Of a stretch of 64,000 bases of DNA, positions 19,231-28,529 are shown in pieces (the first letter of the stretch is position 1; the number at the start of each line of letters is the position of its first letter). A program made the position numbers and the translations under genes. Source of the stretch: Gemmatimonadota bacterium (GTDB lineage Bacteria; Gemmatimonadota; Gemmatimonadetes; Gemmatimonadales; GWC2-71-9); NCBI GenBank assembly GCA_039588295.1, contig JBDHAB010000001.1:32001-96000 (forward strand), written 5' to 3'. The notes under the pieces were generated by a model that saw nothing but the letters and a program-made list of their open reading frames with translations, did not search any database and had not been told where the DNA came from.

Positions 19231-22068
19231 CTAGCGGCCGTCGCCCGGAAGCATCCGGCGATAGCGCTCAGCCTCCTCGGGCCGCCCCCAGTCCTCGTAT
19301 AGTCCTATCAGCCTGCCCAGAGCCCGCTGAACGGAGTCGGGTTCGAAGCCTCCCACGTCCCGCAGCTTCGTGTAGCTGTCCACCAAGAGTTGTTCCGCCT
19401 CCTCGAATCGGCCCTGGCTGGCGAGACAGACACCAAGCCCGTTCTGCGCGGCGACGACCTGCTCCTGAGATTCAGGCAGATTATCTCGCAGAATCTCCAA
19501 TACATCACGAAACAGGGGCTCGGCATCGGAGTACGCGCTTCGATCCAACAACAGCGTTGCGAGCCCAAGCATGGTCGTGGCGGCGAAACGCTGATCGATT
19601 GATGCCCCCCGCAATACTCCCACCGCCTCTCGCCAGAGTCGTTCGGGCTCACCTCTCTTCTCAAGCGCGTACAGCGTGGATGCGAGGTTGCCCTTCACGA
19701 TCGCGGTAAACGGATGGCCCTCCCCCAGCACCTCGACGTACACGGGCAGGGCCGCGCGATAGAGTTGCTCCGCTTGCGCAAACTCACCACGATCTCTCAA
19801 CCGTCCGGCGAAGTCGTTCTTGACCCGTGCCAACTGGGGTGTATCCGCGCCGAGCGCGTCTACATGCGCGGTCATCGAGGCCTCAAACAACGAGTCCGAA
19901 ACAGAATGCTGACCTTGCTCGGCCGTGATATTCGCAAGGCTCAGTAGGCTGTTGCCGATGTCCGGATGTCCATCGGGATAGAGTCGTCGTTGTAGCGCCA
20001 GCGCATCCCGCACTGACACTCCGGCCTCGTGCAGCTTGCCCTGCCGCAACTGCACGGCGGCGAGAGAATTGAGGCTCTTGGCAATGTGGGGGTGCGTGGA
20101 ACCGTACAGTTCGCGCCTGATCACCAGCCCGTCGCGGAAATGCCGCTCGGCCGCCTCGAGGTCGCCCCGATTTTCCTCAATCCATCCCAGATTCATCTTG
20201 AGGGTGGCGATGCCGGAGCGTACTTCCTCTGAGGCCCGCATTTCCCGGCCATAGATCTCCAGCGCCTCCTCGTACACCGACACCGCTTCATCGTGCTCAC
20301 CCTTCACCTGAAGGAGATAGCCAAGATTGTTCAGGCTTCGCCCAAGCTCCACCGGCCTCCTCCGACGACCACTTCGAAGGATGGCCACCGACCGTCGAAG
20401 CAGTGGCTCCGCCTCCTCAAGCTCACCAACATCGGCTCGCAACATCCCCAAATCCGTCAGGCTCTGAGCCACATCGGCGTGATCGGGTGGGAGGGTCCGC
20501 TCGCGCAGATCGAGAGCAGCTTCCCACTGGACAGCGGCTTCGTCGACGAGCCCCAGGGCGTGGTACACTTTGCCGAGTACCTGCATCAGCGTCGCCCCGA
20601 TCTCCGGCTGATCGGCCAGCTCGACCCGGATCCGTTCCGCGCCCCGATCTAGTACCTCGCGCACGGTGACCGTGTCGCCGAGTGTGACACGCGGGTCGGA
20701 GGTCTCAAAGATCCCGACCAGAAACGCCGTTACCTGTTCCGCCTTGTCCCGCTCGCGAGCAGTCCGTTCGGCTTGGATTCCCATCGTCACCGCGAAGGCG
20801 ACGACGGCCACAAGGCCCGCCACCGTCGTCACCACCCCAATCTTGTGCCGTCGCACGAACTTCGATGATCGATAGAGAATCGTATCCGGTTGTGCCGTCA
20901 CTGGCAGACCTTTTTGATGCCGGAGGACGTCATCCGCGAGCTGTTCGGCTGACCCGTAACGGCGTTCCGGCTCTTTGCGCAGCGCCACGAGCACGATGTT
21001 GTCCAGATCACCGCTGAGTTGGCGGCGGAGCTTCTCCGGCGTCGTGCCGCGTGCCCGACTCACGCACTCCGGTGTGATCGGCTCTGCGCGATCAAGATCT
21101 GTCAGCTCCTCCACGCGCGCGGCGGCCGCCGACGGCCGGTCTGGATCGGTCTCCGTAACCACACGCTCCACCTCCAAAAGCGGCCGGCCCGAAAGCCGAT
21201 AGGGTCGGTGGCCCGTCAGCAGCTCGTATAACAGGACGCCCAGCTGATACACATCGCTCGCGGTTGTCACCGGGTCACCGCGCACCTGTTCCGGCGAGGC
21301 GTACTCGGGCGTCATGATCCTGACGCCGGTCCGCGTCTCCGGTCTTGGCGACGCGAGTGCCTCGGGATCGAGGAGCTTGGCGATACCGAAGTCGAGCAGC
21401 TTCACCACGCCGTCGGGCGTTACCAGAACGTTGGCCGGCTTGAGATCTCGGTGAACAATCAGGTGACGATGGGCGTAGTGGACGGCTGAACACACGGCTC
21501 GAAAGAGGTCCAACCGCCGACTAATCGACAGGCGGTGCTCGTCACAGTAGGTATCGATAGGCACGCCGTCGACGTGCTCCATGGCGAAGTACGGCTGTCC
21601 ATCGCTCGTGACGCCACCGTCGAGCAGCCCAGAAATGTTCGGGTGGGAAACCTGGGCCAGGATCTGACGCTCGGCGAGGAAGCGTTGCCGGAGATCTTCG
21701 CTATCGAGATCCGCGCGCAGCAGCTTGAGGGCGACCCGCTGCTCGAATTGGCCGTCAGCCCGTTCGGCGAGGTACACGGCGCCCATGCCGCCATGCCCAA
21801 TCCGGTCGAGAATCCTGTACGGACCGATGAGCGAGGGCGGCGGTACCTCCGGGACTTGTGGCTCCCCCGCTCCCGGTCCACTCATCTCGCCGGCAAGGCG
21901 GTCGAACCGACCAGTCGCGGCGCACGATTCCAGTAACGCCATCACATCACGGCGCAGATCGGGATCACCCGCACAGTGCCCGTCGAGGAAGCGCGACTGC
22001 TCCGCTGCCGGCAGCTCGGACGCTGCAACGAACAGATCTTGGATCTCCTGCAGGCGTTCGGGATTCAT
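19231..22068 (-). CDS. Membrane Ser/Thr protein kinase with C-terminal TPR array
   Basis: GHGGMGAVY, VALK, HRDLKPAN, DFG, TPEYASPEQ; TM segment then many TPRs. Confidence 0.95.
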   Translation of the reverse strand: MNPERLQEIQDLFVAASELPAAEQSRFLDGHCAGDPDLRRDVMALLESCAATGRFDRLAGEMSGPGAGEPQVPEVPPPSLIGPYRILDRIGHGGMGAVYLAERADGQFEQRVALKLLRADLDSEDLRQRFLAERQILAQVSHPNISGLLDGGVTSDGQPYFAMEHVDGVPIDTYCDEHRLSISRRLDLFRAVCSAVHYAHRHLIVHRDLKPANVLVTPDGVVKLLDFGIAKLLDPEALASPRPETRTGVRIMTPEYASPEQVRGDPVTTASDVYQLGVLLYELLTGHRPYRLSGRPLLEVERVVTETDPDRPSAAAARVEELTDLDRAEPITPECVSRARGTTPEKLRRQLSGDLDNIVLVALRKEPERRYGSAEQLADDVLRHQKGLPVTAQPDTILYRSSKFVRRHKIGVVTTVAGLVAVVAFAVTMGIQAERTARERDKAEQVTAFLVGIFETSDPRVTLGDTVTVREVLDRGAERIRVELADQPEIGATLMQVLGKVYHALGLVDEAAVQWEAALDLRERTLPPDHADVAQSLTDLGMLRADVGELEEAEPLLRRSVAILRSGRRRRPVELGRSLNNLGYLLQVKGEHDEAVSVYEEALEIYGREMRASEEVRSGIATLKMNLGWIEENRGDLEAAERHFRDGLVIRRELYGSTHPHIAKSLNSLAAVQLRQGKLHEAGVSVRDALALQRRLYPDGHPDIGNSLLSLANITAEQGQHSVSDSLFEASMTAHVDALGADTPQLARVKNDFAGRLRDRGEFAQAEQLYRAALPVYVEVLGEGHPFTAIVKGNLASTLYALEKRGEPERLWREAVGVLRGASIDQRFAATTMLGLATLLLDRSAYSDAEPLFRDVLEILRDNLPESQEQVVAAQNGLGVCLASQGRFEEAEQLLVDSYTKLRDVGGFEPDSVQRALGRLIGLYEDWGRPEEAERYRRMLPGDGR

Positions 22069-22083
22069 CGCCGTACTCCGATG

Positions 22084-22653
22084 TCAGGAGTCGAGGACCC
22101 CCAACTCCTGATTGAGCCAGGCGCGGCAGATCGCCCAGTCGCGTTTGACCGATGCGACGGATATGCCGAGGGCTCCTGCGGTCTCCTTGAGCGACATACC
22201 GCCGAAGAACCGGCATTCCACCACGCGACACTGCCGCTCGTTCACGGATTCCAGTCTGGTCAGAGCCTCGTCGAGCGCGATCAAATCTTCCGCCCGTTCC
22301 TGTGCAACCTGAAAGGCGTCATCCAGCGGCACCTTGGCTAATCCCCCACCGCGCTTTTCGCGATTACGCGTCCTTGCGTAGTCGATCAGGATGCGGCGCA
22401 TGGCCCGCGAGGCCATGGCAAAAAAGTGCGTTCGATCCCGCCACTCGACGCGATCGACGTTGATGAGCTTGAGGTAGGCTTCGTGGACGAGCGCGGTGGT
22501 AGAGAGCGTGTGTCCGGCGCGCTCGCTGCGAAGGTGCCGATGGGCCAGCTGCTTCAGCTCATCGTAGACGATGGGCATCAGCTCGTCCCAGACCTCGGGA
22601 CGTCCACCCGATAGCGCGACGAGCTTTTCGGTTACGCTGTGGCGGTCTCTCAT
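22084..22653 (-). CDS. ECF sigma factor of the kinase-associated type
   Basis: VYDELKQLA, HTLSTTALVHEAYLKL, MRRILIDYAR, VVECRFFGG, SVKRDW; directly upstream of the kinase. Confidence 0.93.
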   Translation of the reverse strand: MRDRHSVTEKLVALSGGRPEVWDELMPIVYDELKQLAHRHLRSERAGHTLSTTALVHEAYLKLINVDRVEWRDRTHFFAMASRAMRRILIDYARTRNREKRGGGLAKVPLDDAFQVAQERAEDLIALDEALTRLESVNERQCRVVECRFFGGMSLKETAGALGISVASVKRDWAICRAWLNQELGVLDS

Positions 22654-22916
22654 GAACTTGGGCGAACGCTGACAGGCTCACACCCGTAGGAGCCTCGGGC
22701 CGCGTCCGATCCTCCGGATAGCCTATCCCGCGGCTCGGCTTTTCACAATGCTGTGGCTGCCGGGACTCCGGGCTCGCCAGGGCCACGATTGCCGGCCGTG
22801 AGCCGCTCTGCCGTCAAACGTCGCCTGTATCGATAGAGGGATTCGTACCGGGGTGGACGCCGTTATCGAGGGGCGCCTCCCTGTCCACACGGGACGTCAT
22901 ACCGGAGGGTACAACC

Positions 22917-23123
22917 ATGCGTTCGCTCAAAGCCGGTGCTCGCGTGATAGCTGTGTTGGTGTTCGCTGCCGGTGCTGCCGGTCTGGGTTGCGCGACTCTT
23001 GGACCGACCAACCTTGGCACCTGCTACGGGCTTAACGGAGAGTTCCAAAACGGCACGACTGAGTACGAATGCACGAACGACTGTCCGAATTGCTCTTGGT
23101 CTCCCGACCGCGGCCCTGAGTGA
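22917..23123 (+). CDS. Small Cys-rich putative lipoprotein, copy 1 (68 aa)
   Basis: RBS GGAGGG; signal peptide ending GLGC; 4 further Cys; conserved in the second repeat unit. Confidence 0.75.
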   Translation: MRSLKAGARVIAVLVFAAGAAGLGCATLGPTNLGTCYGLNGEFQNGTTEYECTNDCPNCSWSPDRGPE

Positions 23124-23408
23124 ACTCGGTTTCACCGACCTCTGCGGGAGAGCGCGGTGCCGGATCGTAGCGCAACAACTGCGTGCTGGGAATGTACCGT
23201 GGGTCCAACGGGCCGACGCGCTGCGGCACCGTCGTAGGTGTCAGTGTACTCGGGCGTGGCGATTCGAGCGTCACACCATGCAGGTCTTCACGTATTCGGC
23301 ACCGACCTGCTGTCGCCAGTATTGGTAGAGGGATTCGTACCGGGGTGGACGCCGTTGTCGAGGGGCGCCTCCCTGTCCACACGGGACGTCATACCGGAGG
23401 GTACAACC

Positions 23409-23612
23409 ATGCGTTTGCTCAAAGCCGGTGCTCGCGTGATAGCTGTATTGGTGCTCGCAGCAGGTGCAGTCGGCCTGGGTTGCTTCGATACTGGGCCAAA
23501 TGCCCTCGGCACCTGCTACCGTGCCGAAGAGAGCCAAAGCGGCCTGACCCAGGACGAATGCATGGACGACTGTCCGACCTGCTCTTGGTATCCCGACCGC
23601 GGCCCTGAGTGA
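23409..23612 (+). CDS. Small Cys-rich putative lipoprotein, copy 2 (67 aa)
   Basis: Paralog of copy 1 with the same RBS, lipobox-like GLGC, Cys pattern and PDRGPE end; differs by an in-frame 3-nt indel. Confidence 0.75.
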   Translation: MRLLKAGARVIAVLVLAAGAVGLGCFDTGPNALGTCYRAEESQSGLTQDECMDDCPTCSWYPDRGPE

Positions 23613-23760
23613 ACTCGGCTTCACCGACCTCTGCGGGAGAGCGCGGTGCCGGAGCGTCGCGCAACGACCGCGTACCGGGGATGTACCGCGGGTCGAACGG
23701 GGCGACGCGCTGCGGCAGTCTCGTAGGTGTCAGCGGGCTCGAGGCGTGGTGATTCGAGTG

Positions 23761-25860
23761 TCACACCATACAGGTCTTCACGTATTCGGCACCCACCCGC
23801 CCCTCCCGACACGCCGCGGACACCATGAACTCGGCCGAATGGTTCGCCTGCACCGTCAGCGCCTCGGACAGCGGAGTATGGCAGGCGCCGTCGATGCAGG
23901 CCATGATTGCCTTCCTGCCGGCGTCGCTCCCCGGTGTCCCCGCAGGGGGCAATGCACCCACCTCCTTCGAGACTCCGTCGAGCGCGCCCACTTCGACATC
24001 TCGACGGGGGAGGCCGTGGTCGGCCCCGGTGGCCACCTGCCACGCCTTCTGGATTGCATCCGCGAGGGGCGCCGCGTAGTCGATGAGCCACCCCACAGCG
24101 TCGGTCGCCCGCACCGACCGGCCTGTGAGCAACAACTCAACCAGCCGAGGCCAATCATCGGACCGGGCTTTCCGAAACGGCCAGTGGCAGCCCTCCATTC
24201 CGGGTACGACGGGCAACGTCACCTCGGGCATGCCGAGCTGTGCGCCGTCCACAGCGATGAGGTAGTGGCAGTGCATGAGCAGCTCCAGCATGCCGCCTAG
24301 ACAGCGCTTGCCGTTCACGAAGGCCACAGACGTCTCGAACTCGTCGTGCAGGCGTCGCGCGGTTCGCGACCAATCGCCCGCAATCCGAGAACCTTCGGCC
24401 GACTGCTCCAATGCGGGGAAGAACTCGTTTGTGTCGGCTCCTACCATCTGCGTTGCGAGATGGAAATCTCCGGTCACGATCACCCGGCCGATACCCGCGG
24501 CCTTGAGCGCGTCGATTGCCCGATTGAGCTCGACGTCGACGTCGGCATTGTAGCTCTCCCGGCTGATCGTGATCACGCCCGTCGAGCCGTCGTGTTCGGC
24601 GTTCACGTACAGCTGCCGCCACTCGGGCTCATCCATTCGCGCGCAGGTGTCCGGATACCACGCGTGCCCCGCTGCCTCCGGATGCAGCTGGTGATACGCC
24701 TCGACCATTCGAATGACGGCGTCGGGACCCATGCCGCGCATCACCGCGAGGACACCGCGGCGGAATTGCGCGCAGAGTTCACCGATTGCGTTTATATGCG
24801 CGAGGTGACTGCGACGCTCGTGAAGCATGAGACTCGTCATTTGGAACAGCGGTCCGAGAATCCAGGTGCGGAATTCCTCGTCGTCGTCACCCTCCAATGA
24901 CCAGTTCACCAGCGGCCGGAAGTGGTTGGGTGGATACCACGACTGACCGCTGTCCTTCTGTGCGATGAGCTCCACCGTCGGCTCGAATACCGCACCGTAC
25001 TGCTGACTCAGGTGATGCAAGCACGACCAGGTCAGGAAGTTGGCGCCCTTCGCGCCGATGGCGTCGTGCGCCCTGAAGGGGTTCGGCCCAAGCAGCTTGC
25101 GGGCGAACTTGTCGACCTTCCAGAAGGGCATGTTGCGCGCGTGGTGGAACCTGAGCGCCGCGAGTGTGAGGCCGCAAAACAGCACATCCAACACGAACGA
25201 CCAATGGTCACTCACGGGGATGGGCATCAGCCCCAGCGCCCAAAGGAGTTGTGTAATCGCGGACGGTTCCGGCTCGACCACTTCCCAGACCTTGTTGATC
25301 TCGTGGGGGAAGGCCGGGTGTGCAATTCCAACACCCAACTCCGAGCTTGGGAATCCGGACGTGACCGAACGGATCTCGATTTCCGGAAACGACTCGCGGA
25401 AGATCCCGTAGTGCGCCTTCTTGACCTCGAGGATCTCCGGGATCGCTTCCAGCAGAAAGCGCGGATTGAGGTTCTTCAGCTCCGATGGCAAGTGCGTGCC
25501 GTCGTAGCTCAGTCGGATGATGTTCCCCATGATCCGCGCGGCCCCCTCCGACCCAAACGCCTGCACCAACCCGGGATACTGCCTTCCCACGCCATCGGGC
25601 GCGTTAGGAAAATCGAGGGCTACGATCCGCACGTCGAACGGCTGCAACCTTGAGCCCAGCTGCATCGTCTTGCCGGCACCGACGATGCCATTGGCGCCGG
25701 AAATGACCAGGGACCCCCGTGCCCCTGGCTTGCCGAACACCTGATCCACCAGGTCGCCCGGATCCGCCGGGAGTCTTCCTTGGCGGTAGATGTCAATGAC
25801 GCCGCCGAGCCCAATCGTGTGGAGTGTCGGTTCCCGCATCGCCGTAATCATCGCCGTCAA
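23761..25860 (-). CDS. Divergent 3-hydroxyacyl-CoA dehydrogenase / enoyl-CoA hydratase fusion
   Basis: N-terminal Rossmann-like GANGIVGAG, LLEAIPEILEVK; C-terminal crotonase motifs CLGGMLEL, GMPEVTLPVVPG. Confidence 0.75.
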   Translation of the reverse strand: MTAMITAMREPTLHTIGLGGVIDIYRQGRLPADPGDLVDQVFGKPGARGSLVISGANGIVGAGKTMQLGSRLQPFDVRIVALDFPNAPDGVGRQYPGLVQAFGSEGAARIMGNIIRLSYDGTHLPSELKNLNPRFLLEAIPEILEVKKAHYGIFRESFPEIEIRSVTSGFPSSELGVGIAHPAFPHEINKVWEVVEPEPSAITQLLWALGLMPIPVSDHWSFVLDVLFCGLTLAALRFHHARNMPFWKVDKFARKLLGPNPFRAHDAIGAKGANFLTWSCLHHLSQQYGAVFEPTVELIAQKDSGQSWYPPNHFRPLVNWSLEGDDDEEFRTWILGPLFQMTSLMLHERRSHLAHINAIGELCAQFRRGVLAVMRGMGPDAVIRMVEAYHQLHPEAAGHAWYPDTCARMDEPEWRQLYVNAEHDGSTGVITISRESYNADVDVELNRAIDALKAAGIGRVIVTGDFHLATQMVGADTNEFFPALEQSAEGSRIAGDWSRTARRLHDEFETSVAFVNGKRCLGGMLELLMHCHYLIAVDGAQLGMPEVTLPVVPGMEGCHWPFRKARSDDWPRLVELLLTGRSVRATDAVGWLIDYAAPLADAIQKAWQVATGADHGLPRRDVEVGALDGVSKEVGALPPAGTPGSDAGRKAIMACIDGACHTPLSEALTVQANHSAEFMVSAACREGRVGAEYVKTCMV

Positions 25861-27062
25861 GCCCCTTCCGACACGTTGAAGATCGCCGCTATGCCCACAT
25901 CGCCGGCGGCACAGCCGAAGACCAAGACATTACCGCCACCTAAATCGACCGCTTCCTCGAGTGCCTCGATCAGTATGCGCGTGAGGGTTGGCCCCTGCGG
26001 GTGACCCCACACGAGGGAGCACCCCGTCTTGTTCATCTCGTGCCAGTCGTAATCCAGGAGCCTTCCAAAGACTGCGTCATTGACCGCAAATGGGTTGTGG
26101 TTCTTTACCACCGCCATGTCCCGCATTGTCAGGCCCGCCCGCTCCAAGAGTTGTTGGACCGCCAGCGCGGGTGCTTCGGGCATGAGGCTCGCGTGGGTAC
26201 GTAGCTCCGTCTTGGCCACGAATTGAATGTCGATCTCGGGACGGGGACTCAGTTCCCGGGCGCGTTCCTTGGTGGTCACGAGCAGGGTCGCCATGCCATC
26301 TGACGCGTGAGTCTGTGTGCCACCGGTGACGCACGTATCCAGCTCGCGCATCTCCCTGAGCCCCTCGAGCGTCAGCTGCCGCACCCCAAGGTCGTCATCA
26401 ATGCGTCCGAGGGGCCGGCCCTGGAGGTTCAGGACATCGAGCGGCACCAGCACCCGATTGAGGAAGCAGGACTTCTTTGCCTCGAAGTACTGCCGGTGAC
26501 GATGAAACGCGAGTTCGTCCACCTCTTGCCGCTCGATGCGGTATTTTCGAGCCGCAACACCGGCAGTCGTGATCATCGAGTTACCGGTCGCCGGATCGAA
26601 CCCGAAGTTGTCCCACACGTCCGCGAGTGCCTGAGTGCGCTCGTGGGCGCGTCGCTCGGGAAACACCCCGACGGGCGAGTCGCTCGTGCGGTCGAACGTC
26701 AGCACTCCGACGACATCGCTCGCAGCGGTTTCCACTTGGCTCCCAGCCAGGACCACAGCCTGGAGACCCGTCGCACACGCCTGTTCCACGTGATAGCCGG
26801 GAATGCGCTGCCCAAGGCAACTCGCCACCAGCGGGGCGTTCCAGAATTTCCAGTGCCACGGGATGGTTGACCCAATGACCAGGTAATCCAGCTCGCTCTT
26901 GGGCACACGGCGGAGGCTCAGGATTCGATTCATCGCCTCACCGGCGAACTGGCCAATATTTACTTCCGCCAGCGCGGAGGTCTGCCACGCGGGGAAATGG
27001 CTGCTGCCCCATGTGCCGTAGGGGATTCTGGCTCTTGGAAACATCGAGGTGTGCGCCGTCAT
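25857..27062 (-). CDS. Thiolase-family protein (divergent)
   Basis: EQACATG, THASDG, WGHPQGPT, FGCAAGDVG; ATGA overlap with the downstream fusion gene. Confidence 0.85.
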   Translation of the reverse strand: MTAHTSMFPRARIPYGTWGSSHFPAWQTSALAEVNIGQFAGEAMNRILSLRRVPKSELDYLVIGSTIPWHWKFWNAPLVASCLGQRIPGYHVEQACATGLQAVVLAGSQVETAASDVVGVLTFDRTSDSPVGVFPERRAHERTQALADVWDNFGFDPATGNSMITTAGVAARKYRIERQEVDELAFHRHRQYFEAKKSCFLNRVLVPLDVLNLQGRPLGRIDDDLGVRQLTLEGLREMRELDTCVTGGTQTHASDGMATLLVTTKERARELSPRPEIDIQFVAKTELRTHASLMPEAPALAVQQLLERAGLTMRDMAVVKNHNPFAVNDAVFGRLLDYDWHEMNKTGCSLVWGHPQGPTLTRILIEALEEAVDLGGGNVLVFGCAAGDVGIAAIFNVSEGA

Positions 27063-27217
27063 GCGTGTCAGTCCAATTGGCTCGAGGTGGTGCGTGTTGA
27101 GCGTGCACCGAGCCCGCGGGCGATCAGGTGCCGCTAATCAGAGACGAAAGATGCGCACGGATCACGCTCCAGGCGAGCCCGAGTTCATCATGCACCAGCG
27201 GTGTGGAAGGAGACTCC

Positions 27218-27267
27218 AAAAACACTGAGCCGCGTCGTTGGTACCGAATGCCCAACGGCGCGGCTCA
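27218..27267 (-). terminator. Rho-independent terminator
   Basis: Stem TGAGCCGCG-CGTTGG / CCAACG-CGCGGCTCA followed by GTGTTTTT on the minus strand. Confidence 0.7.
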
Positions 27268-27338
27268 TGACCTGCGCAACCTGGTACGACCGCCGTCTGG
27301 CGCTCGATCAAAGGCGCAGATCGCGATTCGGTCCTGGG

Positions 27339-27401
27339 TCAGCTACCGATGCGGCGATCGCTTGCCCATACCAGGTTGCGCTCTGGTTGATTACTAGACA
27401 A
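27339..27401 (-). CDS. Putative 20-aa peptide MSSNQPERNLVWASDRRIGS (TTG start)
   Basis: TTG 7 nt after GGAGG within AAGGAGGTGATCCA; TGA stop at 27341-27339. Confidence 0.4.
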   Translation of the reverse strand: MSSNQPERNLVWASDRRIGS

Positions 27402-27583
27402 TGGATCACCTCCTTGGCTGGGGTACGCGTTCGGGCGTGAACGCCCGAATACTAATAGGAACCGTCAGAAATGGCGAAGGTCCCCGCTCGATTCCACCCG
27501 CTCGCCCCCACCCCCGACACTACCCAGCCTTGCCGGTCCTATGTACTTTGCGTGCCCTTAGTTACAGCCACGGAGAGGTTGGT

Positions 27584-28321
27584 ATGAGGTATCGCAACAT
27601 TCGGACAATACCCGGCGCGTTGGCACTGGCCTTGATACTGGGCGCCCAACCGGCGAGTGCGCAGGACGAGAAGCCGGTCGTGGTCACCGTGGATCTCGGC
27701 TTCGTGAACACGGCTGGAAACTCGGAGGTGACCACCCTGAACGGCGGCGACAAGCTCGTGTACACGTCAGCGCCATGGGTCTTCACCCAGACGTTCAACG
27801 TGGTGTACGGCGAGACCGAGGGCACGACCACCACCAGCCAGTGGCAGGCGGGCGGGCGGCTAGACTATCAGATCCGGCCCCGAGTCTCCCTGTTTGGTCA
27901 GGGCCGGTTCGAGCGCAACACCTTTGCCGGTATCAGGCGCCGGTTCGAGGAGGCGGTCGGCGTTGCGGCGACGCTGCTCGAAGCGAATCGGAACAAACTC
28001 ACCGCCGAGGCCGGCGTGGCGTATAACCAGCAGACCTCGGATCAAACGGGTGTCACCGACAACTTCACATCCGGCCGCGCCGCTGCGGAGTTTCGGCGTG
28101 ATCTGACCGAAACCGCATTCTTGACGTTGAGCGGCGAGTTCCTGCCGAACTTCGAGGTCTCAGAGGACTACCGGGTCAACGGCATCGCCGCGCTGGTAGC
28201 ACCGATCTCGAGGGCGATCGCGCTCAAGGTGTCGTACGAAGTGCGTTACGATCACCTGCCGGAGCCGACCTTCGAGACGACCGACAGGATCCTGACGACG
28301 GGATTGCAGATCGTCTTCTAA
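27584..28321 (+). CDS. DUF481 outer-membrane beta-barrel protein
   Basis: Signal peptide ...ASAQ; LGFVNTAGNSE; TDRILTTGLQIVF terminal strand; RBS GGAGAGG. Confidence 0.85.
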   Translation: MRYRNIRTIPGALALALILGAQPASAQDEKPVVVTVDLGFVNTAGNSEVTTLNGGDKLVYTSAPWVFTQTFNVVYGETEGTTTTSQWQAGGRLDYQIRPRVSLFGQGRFERNTFAGIRRRFEEAVGVAATLLEANRNKLTAEAGVAYNQQTSDQTGVTDNFTSGRAAAEFRRDLTETAFLTLSGEFLPNFEVSEDYRVNGIAALVAPISRAIALKVSYEVRYDHLPEPTFETTDRILTTGLQIVF

Positions 28322-28529
28322 GCAGTGGGTCCTGGCATGTCGGCGCGCCGGGTGAATGCGTGGCAACGCATGAGGCACGGGTCAGAAGCCCGTGCCTCGC
28401 TTGTTTCCCCCCAGTGGCATACCCGACTCATATGCTCTAGATTGGCTCGGTGCTAGCAATGAACGTCCCCGGCAACGTGTGCTCATGCGGAGTCGAGCCG
28501 CCCTTGGGGTGACTGTCCTTGGAGATGGA

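Larger units (their letters stand above)
22820..23800 (+). repeat. Imperfect tandem direct repeat, two ~490-bp units (22820-23311 and 23312-~23800)
   Basis: Long near-identical blocks, e.g. TAGAGGGATTCGTACCGGGGTGGACGCCGTT and CCGACCGCGGCCCTGAGTGAACTCGG, in both units. Confidence 0.95.
27216..27449 (-). ncRNA. Putative structured small RNA / leader element of unknown family
   Basis: 5' hairpin 27430-27449, 14-nt complement of the 16S 3' end 27402-27415, 13-bp long-range helix 27274-27286/27369-27381, terminator hairpin with T-tract. Confidence 0.55.

Noticed and set aside
23070..23095. Radical SAM CxxxCxxC motif, or RiPP precursor, in the mini-proteins
   Set aside because: The motif sits in a ~42-aa exported segment with no enzyme fold, and no RiPP maturases are nearby
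22917..23612. Diversity-generating retroelement TR/VR pair
   Set aside because: Differences between copies are not adenine-specific, include an indel, and no reverse transcriptase is in the window
22820..23800. CRISPR array
   Set aside because: Two long coding units rather than short repeats with unique spacers; no cas genes
27402..27415. 16S rRNA gene fragment (TGGATCACCTCCTT)
   Set aside because: Flanks show no 16S helix 44/45 sequence such as AAGTCGTAACAAGG; better read as a minus-strand extended SD
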